Below, piece by piece: positions 38,719 through 52,400 of a stretch of DNA of 64,000 nucleotides (position 1 is its first letter; every line of letters starts with the position of its first letter). Source of the DNA: Vitrella brassicaformis CCMP3155 (lineage: Eukaryota > Protista > Chromerida); assembly GCA_001179505.1 (NCBI GenBank), contig CDMY01000248.1:62001-126000 (forward strand). Direction: 5' to 3'. Both the position numbers and the translations under genes were made by a program. A model generated the notes under the pieces. The model did not search any database and was not told the DNA's origin. It worked only from the letters and a program-made list of their open reading frames with translations.

Positions 38719-41700
38719 TCATTCGATTGCCTCATCTTCCGGCTCGTCAAACTTGGCTTCATCGGCGGCCTCTGCCTCCTGTGGGTGACACAAAGACACG
38801 AGCACACAAATAACAACACTTGCTTACAGCGTTGGTTGTTATGTACTCGTTTCTCAGTTTGTCACCTGTGCGGGCGGCGGTGCTTCTTCTTCCTCATCGA
38901 GTGTGACGGCCTCGCCCCTCTTGACTTTGTCAATCTTCTGCAGCAGTGAGTCGATCTTCTGCTTCAAACGCGCCACCTCCTTGCTCTCTATGTTCTTGGA
39001 CGCCTGCAGATACATACGGGGAGAGGGAGATGCAGGTCCGTGCAGCTGACGTGTCCGTCGTTTCTGGGGGGTGGGGGGTGGCTCACGTCGTTGGTGATGA
39101 GTTTGACGCGTGACGCATACATGAGTGAGGTGACGGTCTCCTCCACGTTGTAGTCGGCGGGCGACACATTCACAAACATGAGAGTCTTGGCAGAACCACC
39201 TGCATGCACCAGGGGCCGACAGTCGCGCAGCACACGAGAGAGGCCGGCCCCACCAAAGCACATCCAGACGTGTGTCTCCATTCCACTAGCTCACCGAGGG
39301 AGTCGCTCATGAGTTGCGTCAGCTTGTGGTTTCGGTAGGGGATGAACGATTCGCCTGCATCAGAGACACCAGTGCGGGTGATTGTGATGGACATGGCCTT
39401 CGTGGTCGATGTTAGGTACCGGCCGAGAGCGCGGATATGACATCTCCGAGGGCTGACAGACTCTTGTTGATCTCACGGGCCTCAGCCAAACGCTCCTTGG
39501 TCGCATTCGTCTTGGACGCTGCGTGCATGCAGCCACATCGTACACACGCCCTGTCTGTGTCTCCCTGCTTCCTTCTTTCTGTGTCGTCACCTCTCTCTGA
39601 GCCTGCCAGATCGATGAATGACAGTTTGCCCGCCACTGTCTTGCCCGCCAGCGTGTCCTCGACGCGTGTGATGATCGAAAAGATCAAGTGGGACCGAGAC
39701 GACGTGGCATTCATCGACGTGGAGCCTGCACACAGACACAGCAGGCCTCTCGGCAATACACGCAGGCACTTGTCTCCTCCTCCTGACGTCCGCACCGGTG
39801 TGTCTGGCGTCGAGACCCCAGGCAAAGAGTTCCGAGAGTTTCGCGGCATCGTCGACGTCGCGCATGGTGATGTTCTGGACCTTGACCATGCCGCTGGCGT
39901 CCTTCTTGATGTCCAGTGAGGGCGGCTTGGCCTTCTGGTCCTTCGGCAACAACAGGTCCAGCAACTGATTGACCGATCACCAACAGAGACAGAGACAGAG
40001 AGGGACAATCCAATGTGTTTTTGTTCTTCGTTAGGCATTTGACCTGGTTGTTGTAGAGCTCGCACATGTAGCACTGTACGCCGACGTTGTACTGCTCAGG
40101 ATCGAACTTGGACAGGAGGTCGAAGAGCTCGCGGATGGCGCGCGGCGTGACACCCTCCAGGCCAGGTCCGCCACCCTGGATCGTGAACGTCTTGCCCGAA
40201 CCTGTCTGGCCGTACGCGAATAGACACCTGCACACACACACACCAGAAGGGCGAGAGACACAAGCGATGCGGAGACGACACTGGCTTGCTTCGTGAATAG
40301 AATCATGTGCCGGTGGATAGTAAGTAGCTTACACGTTGAAGCCATCGATGGCCGACTGGATCAGCCGTCTGGTGTCTTCGAAGACCTCCTCCTGTTTGCA
40401 GTCGGGCGGGAACGCACGGTCATACATGAAGTCTCGTGGACCCTGCAAAGCCACAGCGTAATGCAAAATTCGTTTTTGTGGCGCCGGTTGGGTCAGTCCA
40501 GTTCTTGTTGGCGCGTGCCTTGTTAGTGTCGACTCTCAGTGTGAACTCGTCGGTGCAGTCGACAACCATCTTGGAGCCCTTCTCGATCTCGTACTTGGCC
40601 ATTGGACGCACACGGCAATACACACGGATCTTGCCTGATAGAGAAGCAGCACACACCCACTGGTCCATTCAGGCTCCGTGTGCAGGTGGGTCATGATTGT
40701 CACCCTTCATGTCTTCGATCTCATTGTAGTACTTCTTGCGCAGGAACTTCTCCTCCTGTTCACACGAGAGTCGGCCGACGGATGAGGCTGTCATGTGCAT
40801 GTAGTGTCTGTTTCCGTGTGCTGACCTTGTACGCCTTGTCAAGGAAGACGTTCTCCTCCCTGAGTGTCTTGGTCTCCTTCTTTAGCTCCGTGAGCTCCTC
40901 CTTGACCGCTTGGGCCTCACCCGCCGTCTCGCGCAGCTCCTGATGACATACATACACAGGCAATGCCAGACAGCACTGTTTCTGAATGGCTGAACGCCGT
41001 CTGCTCTCGTTCCCGACCGTGAGCTCCTTCTGTAGTTTCTCTTCGCTGTGTCTGGTCTCTTTGAGGGCCTTCTTTGTTTCCTCGAGCTCCGACTCTGCCT
41101 TGGCGGCCCGCTCATTGGCCTTGGCCAGTTGGTTCTCGACCTTCTTCAAACTGTCCTCCGCACTCTGATGACACATAGAGACAGCAAAGGACGACAGTGC
41201 CGTGCCTCTGGCTGGTTGCGCATGGGATTGTGTCTCAAAGTCACCTTATCGGACTTGCTGATTTTCGCCTCGAGGTCTTTGATTTGTTTCTTGTAGCCCT
41301 GCTCCGTCTCTTTGAGTTTGAGCTCCATCTGCTTGAGGGCCTGGGGATCCGCTCCCTTGCCCGCCTCGGCCGTCTTTGCCTCCTTGACCCTCGTCTCCAG
41401 CGTCTTGGTCTTCTTCTTCTCGTCAGCCAGGGACTTCTCCAGCTGCCGGATCTTGGCCCTATCGGCGGCACTGCCGGCAGCAGCTCCGCCTACCGCAGCT
41501 CCTTTCGCAAGATCCGACATCAAGGCAGCCACCTCATCCTTCAGCTGCGGGACACATATGGGAGCGACGGATCGGTGTACTGGGCGCTGTCTCTCTAGTG
41601 TGGATCACTTACGGATTTGTTTTCTCGCTGGAGTGCTCGGATGCGCTCATTGGCTTCGTCGGGGAACTCTGTGTCCTCACTGCGAGACAAAGACAGAGAG

Positions 41701-44591
41701 CCGGCTAACATGTGAGCACGTATGCTGTTTCACTCACTCACCGCGGTGACTCCCTGGGTGACTCCCCCTCTTCAGTGACCTCCTCTCCCTTCCGTGGCGT
41801 CACTAGTGTGGGCTCGCCCTCCTCTTCCTCTTCCTCAGCGCCCGCCTCACCCTCACCCTCGACCTCACCTTCCTCGCCCTCAGCCTTGGCCAATGCAGCA
41901 CGAGCCTTCGCCCGTGCCACCTGAGCCGCAGCAGCTGCCTCCTCACCCTCACCTTCAACAGCCTCCTCACCCTCGGCAGCCTCCTCACCCTCCGCAGCCT
42001 CACCTTCCCCAGCCGCCTCAACGCCCTCGCCCTCGCCCTCCCCTTCCCGTTCCCCTTCCTCCTCAGGCCGCTCCTTGGGTGCCTCCCTCGGTCGCTCTGG
42101 TCGCTCTTTCGGCTTCTCAACTACTACAGGGACAATAACCTCCGCAGATGGCTCGACAATCTCAGATGCGGCAGCCAACTCCCCAGACGGCTGCCGCAGT
42201 TGAGACAGTCGTGTCTGCACCGCTCTCTCAGCAGAAGGGGCCCTCTCAGGTCGGGCACGGGCTGCAGTTGCTGCTGCTGCGGCAGCGGCAGCCGCAGCAG
42301 CGGCCGCGACGACACGAGGTGGCGCCTCAGCTGCTTTGGGCTGCTCTTCGTCCACCACTTTTGCCTCTTCGACGGCCTTGGCGGTCGTGGGTGGCGCGGG
42401 TGTCTGTGGGGATGTGCCGAGAGCCTCCACATCGGACGGCAAAATCTGCACCTCCTGCATCTGGACCACAAGGTCCATCTGCAATCCTCGAATCTGACTC
42501 TCCAGCGCCGAGAACGCCTTGTACTTGTCCTTGATGGCCTTCTTGTCATCCTTCTCTGGCGGACGGCCGTTGGCCTTCTCAAATGCATCGATCCATCGCC
42601 GTATGTCCTCCTGAACACCGTCACGGCGGACGAGCAGCTCGAACAGCGCTCCCTGTGTCTCGACGAGAGGCGCGAGTGAGGGCGGCAGAGCAGCTGCGGC
42701 CGCCTGGGCCTTGGGTGACAGCTCAGCGACAGTAACGGGCTTGGCAGGCTCAGGCACCGCCAGTGCAGGGGCAGTCGAGGGTCCAGGGAAGGACGGTGGC
42801 GGCCGGGTGAACTCCTCCTGTTGCCTGCGGATCTGCTCCTGGTGGTAGGCGGTAATCTCCTCAATGCGCTGCTCCACCTGCTTCTCTGCCTGCTTCTTCT
42901 CCACCTCACGGCAGACCTGCTCCAGCAGACGTTCGAGCCACAGCTCCACCTGCTCGTCGCCGAGGGACTTGAGACGCCGCTCAACCGATACGCCGAATGT
43001 CTTGAAGAAGTCCAGGGGCTTTGCTTCTCTCTCTTCCTCTTCTGCTTCCTCCTGTATGGTGGCCAGGTCCTCGATGGTGAGGTTGTGCGACTTGCGGATG
43101 GACTGGAAGCGGCGGCGAATCATCTCAACATTCCTCGCGTGCTCCGATACACGCTTCATCTCCGTGTCGTAGGAAGCTGCACAATCAGACAAAGGCGCCA
43201 TGCTTTTGTTTGCCTGCCTCTTTTCACATGTGGGAGTGAGTCTCGTCTCACCTCTCATTGAGTCGAGCTCCTGTGTCTTCTCGTCTTCGATCTTCTGCAT
43301 GTCGGTCTGGAACTGCATGGCGAGCGTTGCGTTTTCCTGCTGCAGCTCCGTCACTTGTCTGCGGAGGGCGGCGATTTGGTTCTGGAGGTTGGCTGCAAAA
43401 CCCTCGTGCTCAGCCTTCTCGGCGGTGAGGACTCGGCGATAAGCCTTGATCTGCTCCTTGGCGCGCTTCTTGACCTCCCATAACTGTGGAGATGGGCGGA
43501 GACATAGCAAGGCACTTATATGTGTGTGGGCAGTGCCTTTTGTGGATAGCGCACCAGGTTTTCAAAGTGGACTTTTGTCTTGTGGTCGATGATCTTGAAG
43601 CTGGACTCAATCTCGGCAACGATCTCAATGTGCTGCCGAAACAGACAAAGGGCATTAGTCCAAAGGCATGTCTCACCATATCAGACACACGTGTCTCTGT
43701 CTGCAGTACCTGTTTCTTCATACGTTCCATGTCGTGCATGACGCGTTGCAGCTGCCCCTTGGCCACCTCAGCGGGCAGGTAGGCCTCCTCGTCCACCATA
43801 GCCTCACCCGCCTCAGCATCCTCAGGATTCTCATAGATCTGGCCTGGAGTGAAGTTGACCATCCTCACGCCGTCCCGCGTGCTCACCTCCTCTCCCCCCT
43901 CGCCGATGACCGCCAGCTCGCCATTACGGGTGGCTGTGCCCTCGTCCCCAATCTCGACTATCGGTGCCAGCTCGGAAGCGGCGGCTGAACTGCCACGCTG
44001 GCCACGATAAGGGCTCTCCCGCTCTCTACCGAAAGAGTCGGTCTCTTCGTGTCGCAAATCAGTGAGAGAGGCTCCGGCATGTAGGTCGGGACGCATGTAG
44101 GGAGGCGTCTCGTCGGTGAGGTTAAGCTCCAGCTCCGGCGGCCGCCTGGGCTCCTCCTTCCTCTCCTCCACCACACCCGGCAACACGACATCCCTCCCCT
44201 GTTGGCTGGCGGGGCTCCCCGACGCGTCGTATGCCGGACTGCCCTCCCCATGCTCCGACGCGTCGTAACTGTCCCTTCCTGCGGCCTCCCCCTGCTGCTG
44301 TTCATCTCCCCAACCTTCCCGTGCAGCGTCGGCCGATGGATGGACCCTGCTCATTCCGTTGGTTGTAGGCAAGATAGCAGTGAAGGGCAGCTTGAGAGTG
44401 GTGATGGGGCTCGGGTCGTTGCCCTCGCGATGAGCGACGATGGACCGACGCCTGGCTACGTTGGCAGCAAACGTTGAAGAGGACACGGATTGGGCCCTCT
44501 GTTGGCTCCTCTCGGCTGTGTCGAGGAGGTCGGGTCCGGTTCCTTCGTCTGTAATCGAGACGCTGTGGAAGCGGATGGATCCTGCTATCAT
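38719..44591 (-). CDS. Kinesin-14 (C-terminal motor, KCBP-like motor/tail) with a long coiled-coil and acidic N-terminal region; multi-exon
   Basis: [22 protein letters not shown] (P-loop), [41 protein letters not shown] and [10 protein letters not shown]. Upstream exons connect in phase (ESPR|EDTEF...NKS|LKDE). Confidence 0.93.
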
Positions 44592-44770
44592 ATACTCGCC
44601 GACGCGCGGGAGAGCCTCAGGCGACTGCCGCCCCTACACCAAGGAGCATGCAGTCGACCTAGCCCTCAGAGAGCAGCAGCTAGGCAAGCCAAGCGCCGAC
44701 CAACTGACTGAGAGCTCGGGGAAAAGGGAAAGAGAGGAGACTTGAATGTGGTGGGTTCTTGGCCCATTTC

Positions 44771-44793
44771 AAGCTCGCAGTCTTAAGCTCGCC
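44771..44793. promoter_or_regulatory. Paired AAGCTCGC motif in the kinesin/DUF2470-like divergent spacer
   Basis: AAGCTCGCA at 44771-44779 and AAGCTCGCC at 44785-44793. Confidence 0.5.
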
Positions 44794-44915
44794 TTCAACA
44801 GAAGGAAATCGCTGCCGCTACAGAAGGAAGCCACAGAAAGGAGACAGCCAAAGACGGCGGCAAGAGGAGAGCTGTTGGTTTTGAGGCGAATAAGAGCGGG
44901 ATCTTGCCGGGATCT

Positions 44916-45908
44916 ATGTCGGAGCAAGCTGCAGTCAAGAAGTCCAGCCGGCGCGGCACTTCTCTGGATGAGATGTGTGCAAGAGCCAACAGCGAGAGGA
45001 GAGGGACGTTGCTTGCTTGCGCGTGGTGGCTGCATCGCGAGCGGACCTGTAGTGAGGCTCAGATGGTGCGGCTTGCTCGGGATGGTTTCGGGCTGATGTG
45101 CACGAGAGAAGACGGCTCGACTACCAGCCACTTCCTCGCACTTCCCGAGAAACTGGAAGACACGGCTACTTATGCGGACCTGGAGCGGCAGCTGGACACC
45201 TTGTGGGCATCATGCAGCTGCTTCTCGTTCCCGAAGGGTGTGGCAGTGTTCTTTCTGCTCTTCACAACTGCAATGCTGCTGATAGCAGTTGTGGATTTCG
45301 TGTGGATTGGCGAGCGCAAGAGGGTTTCGTTCGGTCCAACCAAGACGATCCTGCGCACATTTGGCCCGCGCCCTGACCTCATCCTGTCTATTCTCTGCCT
45401 GAGCAACCTCCTGACCGCCTGTCTTGCCTACTTCTTCGCGGTGAAGCTGAGACTGTCGCTAGCGGCCCGTCTGTCGTGGTGCCTAGGAGGGCTCTTTCTT
45501 GGCTATCCAGTCATCACACGCTTGCTGATCCTGAAGCACCAAGTGAGAACGGGGGACCGACTTGACACGACCATGGGAAACCGGCGTGTGTGCTCTTCAT
45601 TGTGTGACGCATTTGGACAGGTCGATCGCAACCCAGCTTACAAAACACCGAGTGTGACAACTCTTGCAATCCTGGTGAGATAGATGGCTGCTAAGCGAAA
45701 TGCATCGAATCATGTTTCAGATGTGTGTGTTTTGTTCACTCTCAGGTTGCTTTGGCTGCGGCCGTTGTTGCCCTCGTGTTTGCCCTGCCGCCAGAGATGA
45801 AGGCTCAACTCATGATGCGCCTCGGTGCGATGTGGGACACGATTGTGGGCAATGCAGTGCAAAGGCACAACGACACGGCCACCGATCCCACGCACACATC
45901 GGAACTGT

Positions 45909-45910
<2 letters not shown>
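44916..45910 (+). CDS. Membrane protein with DUF2470-like N-terminal domain and TMEM254-like TM region; 3 exons
   Basis: Soluble N-terminal segment (AQMVRLARDGFGLMC) is followed by several hydrophobic helices (WCLGGLFLGYP). Exons 44916-45542, 45621-45673 and 45746-45910 are in phase. The family assignment is from memory of the motif pattern. Confidence 0.55.

Positions 45911-45936
<26 letters not shown>
45909..45936. repeat. (AG)n microsatellite beginning in the stop codon; representative of many intronic/intergenic microsatellites, e.g. (TCTG)n at ~28770-28805 and ~33497-33527
   Basis: Directly visible dinucleotide and tetranucleotide runs. Confidence 0.95.
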
Positions 45937-45939
<3 letters not shown>

Positions 45940-46437
45940 AGGGGTGTGCATAGAATTAGCTGACTGGCTGCGATGCCTTCCTTTTTGAGGCAAGACTGGC
46001 TGATTGCTTGCTTGTCACGTGCTCCACACACTGACCTTGCGAGATAACGTGGCGATTGTGTGTGTGTTGATTCCATCTGTCGACCGGCGAGCTACGGGTC
46101 AGGACCAGTGAGAGTGTGCAAAGAGTCGCTGTGCACTCACTCGTCATTTTGACAGGGGCTTGGCCGGTCGAGAGATGAATCTGATGCACACACACACATC
46201 ACAGTGGTCGCGAATGAATGCTGTTCTCCTTATGGCGGGCGATGCGTGCGGTGTATAGGCAAAGACGATGTCAATTCCGATTGGTATCTGTCAGTTGATT
46301 GTACAATGGTGCCCTTTAGGCTGAGGACAGTACACGTACTTTGACCCAGGTATGAAAAATGAAGTATGGACACACATTCACTGTCCCAATAAAGCTCCAC
46401 TCGAGACACATCACCAAAATACACACGAAAAACCATG

Positions 46438-49400
46438 CTAAAGTCTTCTTAGGCTCGCGAGCGCCACCATGCAAGGCGCCAGTACCCACCACCATGTACA
46501 GGGCTCCCTCCACCAGTCAAACCAGAACAGGACCGCCACAATATGTCTTCTCGTCTTTGTTCTACATGAGCGTCCCCCGTCACTCTTGGCGATAGCCAGG
46601 AAACCAGGCGGCGGGTCACTCAGGTCAATTACCTCCTCTGCTTCGAAAAGGGTGGACCCCAGGGGTATGGAAGGGCGTTGGACAACTTCCTGTTCGACGG
46701 AAAACGACTGAGAGGGGTCGCCTGCTGACCACGACGCCTGCAGAAGGAGAGACACAGAGACATCGGCTCAGCTGACCTCTACTCGTATTGTTCTCTCACC
46801 TTAACGACAAGAGGACCTGAGATGGCCTGATTGTCGGCAGTAGGCTCGTTAGTCACGTAAACGGCGAGCCTCAGCAGAAAACTCTCGTCGGACCCCGTCC
46901 CATTAGCCAAATGGTAAGATATCTTTATATCGTCCAAACTCTCGCCTTGCACAGCCTCCGCTTCTCCCTCCCCCTCGTCTATGTCCTGCCCAATCATTGG
47001 GACAGCCGGGGTGTCAACCGTGGTATTTAGCTGCTCAGCTGGCTCCTCAAGGGAATCCGTGGTATTCAGCTGCTCAGCTGGCTCCTCAAGGGAATCGACT
47101 TCCTGAGGGGCCGCTGTGGACGCATCTAGTGTCGGGCTGTCTGGTACAGCAACGCCGCCTCCCCCACCCTCGCAGACGATGTTTGTCCTTCTGTCGTTGA
47201 GCAGGCTCTCAGGCTGGATCTCTGCCTGGCACGGCCTCGCTAGCTTGAAGGGACCACTCACATGGAAAGTCACAACGTCACCTGAGACAAGACTTCAGTG
47301 CGGAAGGCTCTCTGCGTGCACTGACTCCGATGGGATGCTGGGAGTACCATTGGTCTTTGGCCTCTTTTTCAGCCGAAGGGTGAGCCGAACCGCATGGGTG
47401 ATCTCGGGGGCCATCGAACTGCCCACATACGGAAGCGGACACACACGTAATTACACCCACACTCCTACTTAGTGCATACCGTACCCGATGGTAAGGCTTT
47501 GGATGCTGTCGAACATGCTGCTGTCGCTCACTCGGAAGCCCTTGATGGCGTAGTTGGCGGAAACTACCATCCCGGACTCGGCCTGAAGGAGGCACACGTG
47601 GGTAAGACGACCCCTGTGTCTCTGCAAGGAGTATGATGGATGACCTTGACAACGACAGCGAAGGTAGGCACATCTTCTGTGGAGCTTGCTGGAGTCACCA
47701 TGTCAATGTCGATGAAGAACTCGCCTATGCTGCTCCACCCAACAGGAAAGAGCTCGACCTTCTCAGCCTGTCGAAGATGCGCGCAGGTGCTTACTTCTCT
47801 GATATGTCTCGTGTTCGTGTCTCACGTCAAGTGTGATGTTAGTGCCGATGCCCCCTGTGCGGATCTGCGGGTCGTCTGGTAGAGTGAAGCCCTCATACAA
47901 GAGGACTTGGATGGTGCCCTTCTCCACCGTCACAGTGGGCGTGAAGAAAAAGTGAGCCACGACACGGGCGGCCAAACTCGGCACATAAGATATCTAAAAC
48001 GCAAATAAGATGTCTTAAGCCATCCATGTCAGTGTCACGTACCCGAGCCTTCATCTCCTGTATCGGTGGCGGCATCACTTGCTCGGCGATCATTCGGGGC
48101 ACCGTGCGGCTGACATCCTTGTAGCGATTACTCACATGGAGGCTCCATTGCTGGCCGGGAGTGTCAACATCCTCCACGCCGGTGTCGACGCCATTTGTGG
48201 CATCGATAGTCTGAGGATGGTTGATCAGTATGAGCATATTGTGGGGCACATCAGCCTGCATAAATTACACGCAATGAGTCGAATGCATGTGGAAAAAGCC
48301 TCGCTCAAGGCTCACCGGGAGCGGCAGGTCGCCGTGTGTGACGGCCTTTGTGGGATCTGTGCCGTCACAGGTGAAGGTCCACAGGGTGACATTCCCGTTG
48401 TCATCGGGAACAGCACAATCCTGTGGAAATGTCCACTCGGGAGGATGGACGATCTCAACTCGCACATCAATCGAAGGACCACCTAACCACGACGTCGAAG
48501 TAAAGGCAAACGCATCATCCCATCGTGTCTCCGCATGCCTTGCCTGCATCGATTTGAGGCGTGAGCGACAGTTGCCATCGTGCGTCTTGTGCACCGACGG
48601 CTGTGGAGTCAAGTGGTGTCCACGTGATGGACGTAATGTAGCCCTGAGGATAGCCTGTCCCCTCACGGCCATCACTGCCCTCCACAAACTGACACACAGA
48701 ATACGAGACGGAAGGTCGCCTCGGGGTCTCTTTTTCGGTTCCACCTGATTGACGCTTCTGATTGCATATACGTAGACGATGAACTCCTTGAAGCTTGTGG
48801 TCAGCCCCTGCACTGTCGGATGAGCCTGATCCTTGCTCACCTCCTCAGCAAAGATAAATGACCTGCATCGAGAATAAACGCATAAGGGACAGAAATGCGT
48901 TACTTGGTCTTCTGTTACTTACCACTGCCCATTCTCGTCGAATGTCTGGTCGCCCGGAATCTCGAATGTCATCGACATGAGCACTGGGGTGTTTGATCCA
49001 ATGCCAGCCACAAGTGGCCACTTCCTGAATCCCGACGTTCCCACTGGCTCGCCCTCTAGGCCGATGAAGCCTTCAGGGTCATTGATGCCTGGGAAGGCGT
49101 TGGTCGGCTCATAGGCTGTTGCTCGCAGACCCACCAGCCTGAAGCCTGTGAATTGCAGAGGCGATTTACATGTTGGGAGTGTATGTGAGCTCGAGATACA
49201 CTGACCAGCTGGCGGTGCAATGAGCACGACATTGATGGTGGTGTTGCGCAGAGGGCGAGACAATTCAAAGTTCACGGTGGCGTCATGCACGAGCCCAAAG
49301 CGATTTGTAGACTCCTGTCAAGGAAACACGTGTTGACAAAATGAGGCGTATTCAACGACCGCCTTGCCCACCGTGCTTGTGCCATTGGTGTCCCTATTGA

Positions 49401-52400
49401 CTGCTTTGAATTGCAGGAGTGTCCCAAAGGTCGCCGATTGCGTGTCTCCCAAGTAGTTGACACTGTCGGCCTCTTCTCCTATCCTGCCTCCCCTGTAGGT
49501 GGGGTCGACTACGGCGATGCGCGTGTCGGAGAAGTCCGACAGAATCGTCACATCCACCTCTGCATCACTGACACAAACGACAACCCAGTATCCGTTGCAT
49601 CATTGGCTTGGCGTCTGTTTGTGCCTACGAGTTTTGCGGGTCTGCCTGCATGAACGCTCCCTTGACAAGGACTTCATACTTAGTGCCGTCCTGCAGGCCA
49701 GCATACTGCAGAAAACATTGAGGCAGGCCGCGATACTTCCACACTCAAGCATAACATCATGAACATACTTTTGAGAACTGCATGTAGAGCTCCACAAAAA
49801 TGCCCGCCTTAGCCACATGCCTACACAACACAAGGCGCGACACACATCCAGACAGGCAAGAACGTTGTGAGCATGGTCTGCCCACCAGCATTTGTGCGGC
49901 ATCGGGAATCCGTCTGCCGAGTACATTTCGTAAAAATATAACCCACAGTCGCTCTGCTGCGCCGCCTCAGCCGTGGTCTCGAGAGCCGCGGCGGAGTTGT
50001 CAGTAAAGGTGAGTGATGAATCAGGAGAGGTGAAGGTCGCCTGGGCGATCGGCACGGGGGCGAACCGAGTGAGATCCTTGAAGGAATATTTGACTCTGAC
50101 AAAACAAGCAAGCGATCCTTCTTGCCTCTCTGATGCTGGCATGCCCCGTGTCTCACGCACCCACCTGTAGGCTTTGCCAAATTGATGTGTTTGGTAGGCA
50201 TCCTGCACATCCAGTTCGAGCCCGCTGCCGTCGACAGTAGGTACCTTGCCGCTGGTGGATGTCGTGAAGCTGATGTACACTGGCCCGGCCTTTCTCGTCT
50301 CAGTGATAGCTGGCACGATACGGGGAGCGTTCGTGAAGCCTCGAGGATTGAGGACATTCAAACGGCCGAAGCGAAACCAATCGGGTGTGCCCGCATTGAC
50401 TGAGATGACGAAGACATGACTGACGGGACGCACGGAGGCAGCGCATGATGGATCGTTTGCTTACTGTCGCTAGTCCAGCAGAGGTACAGAGTGTTGTTTG
50501 CGCTGCTGGTGTAGACCTCAGGATATTTTTCAACTCCCGACATCTGGAATGCATGGCCGTCCTGCGTCCACAAAGTGCCCGACGGAATGGCGGGAAACGG
50601 ATGGCGGAAGTTGATACGAAACGTGCCGTCTGATGCCGGCCCTGAAATAACCTTCACCACACGCACGCACGCACGCACGGAGAAGGGAGAAAGCCCCCAT
50701 CCGTGGGCCTCGAACTGTCAGCGAGGCATTTGTGTACCTGGTATATGCGGTCGGCCGTGTGGAAGACCTGCCTGTTGCTGCGTGTCGCCTCGTTTATCCC
50801 CATTGGATGCCCATCCGCCTGCTGACTCGCCGTGAATGTAATGAAGTGGTTGAGAGTAAAGCCTTCCAGCACAAGTTGCTCATACGACTTGGCCGTCTTC
50901 AGGATTGGCGTGCTCGATCCGTGGCCGGTGACCGATGTCACGTAGGTGTTGGCGAGGAGTGGTATGCCCTGCAGGTCGCCGGCAGCGTTGCCATCGGGAT
51001 ATGTGAAAACCGCACTGGAGGACGACTGACAGTCGCTGTCCTCCGATATGCGGATTCGGTGGTTGGCGCCGCCCATGCCAAAGCCGATGATCGTGAGAGT
51101 GAATGGCTCGCCTGAGGTCACATCATAGAGGCCGTCGCCGCCCACAGTTCGGTTCGTGTCTGGCCCCTTGACCATCAAATAGCCTGCTGGGCTGGCAAAG
51201 TCCTCCATTGAGTCGCAGCTGGCCGTGTGGGGGGAAGACTGCTTGGTATAGACGGTCTTGGGGCAGTAGCACAGCTTGTAGATGCCTGGAGAGACACCCT
51301 GTGTGTCCAGCGGGCCAGTGATGGTCACCGTTGTTGACGTCGCAAAGGCCGCTTGAAAGGTGGCGTCACCGAGACTTCCCGTGCCACATATCACATCGTT
51401 TGTTGTACTGTCGTCGAGCGCCGCGTTGTCCAGGATGCCGACAAGCTGGTCGCCGGCGGTCATTTTGGTGGCGCCTCCCCCGTCGGGTAGGCTGATAGTG
51501 CATGAGGTCTGGTTGGCACCGCATGTCGCCCAGGTGGTGTCGAAGGGTCCGTATATCTTGATCTGTCTCGTCGTGTTGTCCGTCACGGTGGTCGCATACT
51601 CTGGGGTGAGCGTCGTCAAGGAGTCCATTCTTTCCTTGCTGGTCGAGAGTCGAGACAGAAGGTACCATGAAAGTTTGTGAAGGAAGCTTTGTTGTTACTT
51701 ACTTTGGCGACGCTCCACCCGGCTTCCAGCACAGCGCATAGAGGCTCGTTTGGGTGCCGTCCTCTTGATACTTCGGCGTAACATTCGGAGGGACGGGAGC
51801 GGAAGATGAGAAGACAAACGGGTGGCTGCAGTAAGACAGAATCTGGCGTTTTCCGCCTCTGTCGTCTTCGAGTCACGTGCGTACTGATCGGAGACATTTG
51901 TGCCAGCAACGGCCTCAGCGGACGTGTGTTGCACCAACCTAACATGGCAACGAGCGTTGTGAGCAGGGATGCACAGGCCCTTCGTTCCCTCTTCCTTTAC
52001 TTGGTGATGTTGCTTTCGCCACACTCGTCGTAGTAATACAGGAGCTTCGTGCCAGTCGTGTCGAAACGCTAAAGAACCATTAGACCATATTAGACATTGA
52101 TAAGCAGGCTGTCTCATGCGTGTATGCAATCTCACCTCAGGTCGCCTTTCGACAAAGATGATCTTGTCTCCTTCCGCACAGTCGAAGCACGTGTCCTTAC
52201 TGATGTAGAGCGTGCACGCACGACCCGCATAGCACACCATCGTGCCGTTCGCCTCGGCACCGACCACCGTCAGCTCTCCTGAAATAAGAGACTGACTCGA
52301 CTTAAACAGGTGCATGCGCAGTTTTCATGATGTGCTGCCTGCCTGTCGTCCATTTGTATTCTGTGGGTGAGGAAGTGCTGGTGCAGCCCTGGGTGTCGAT

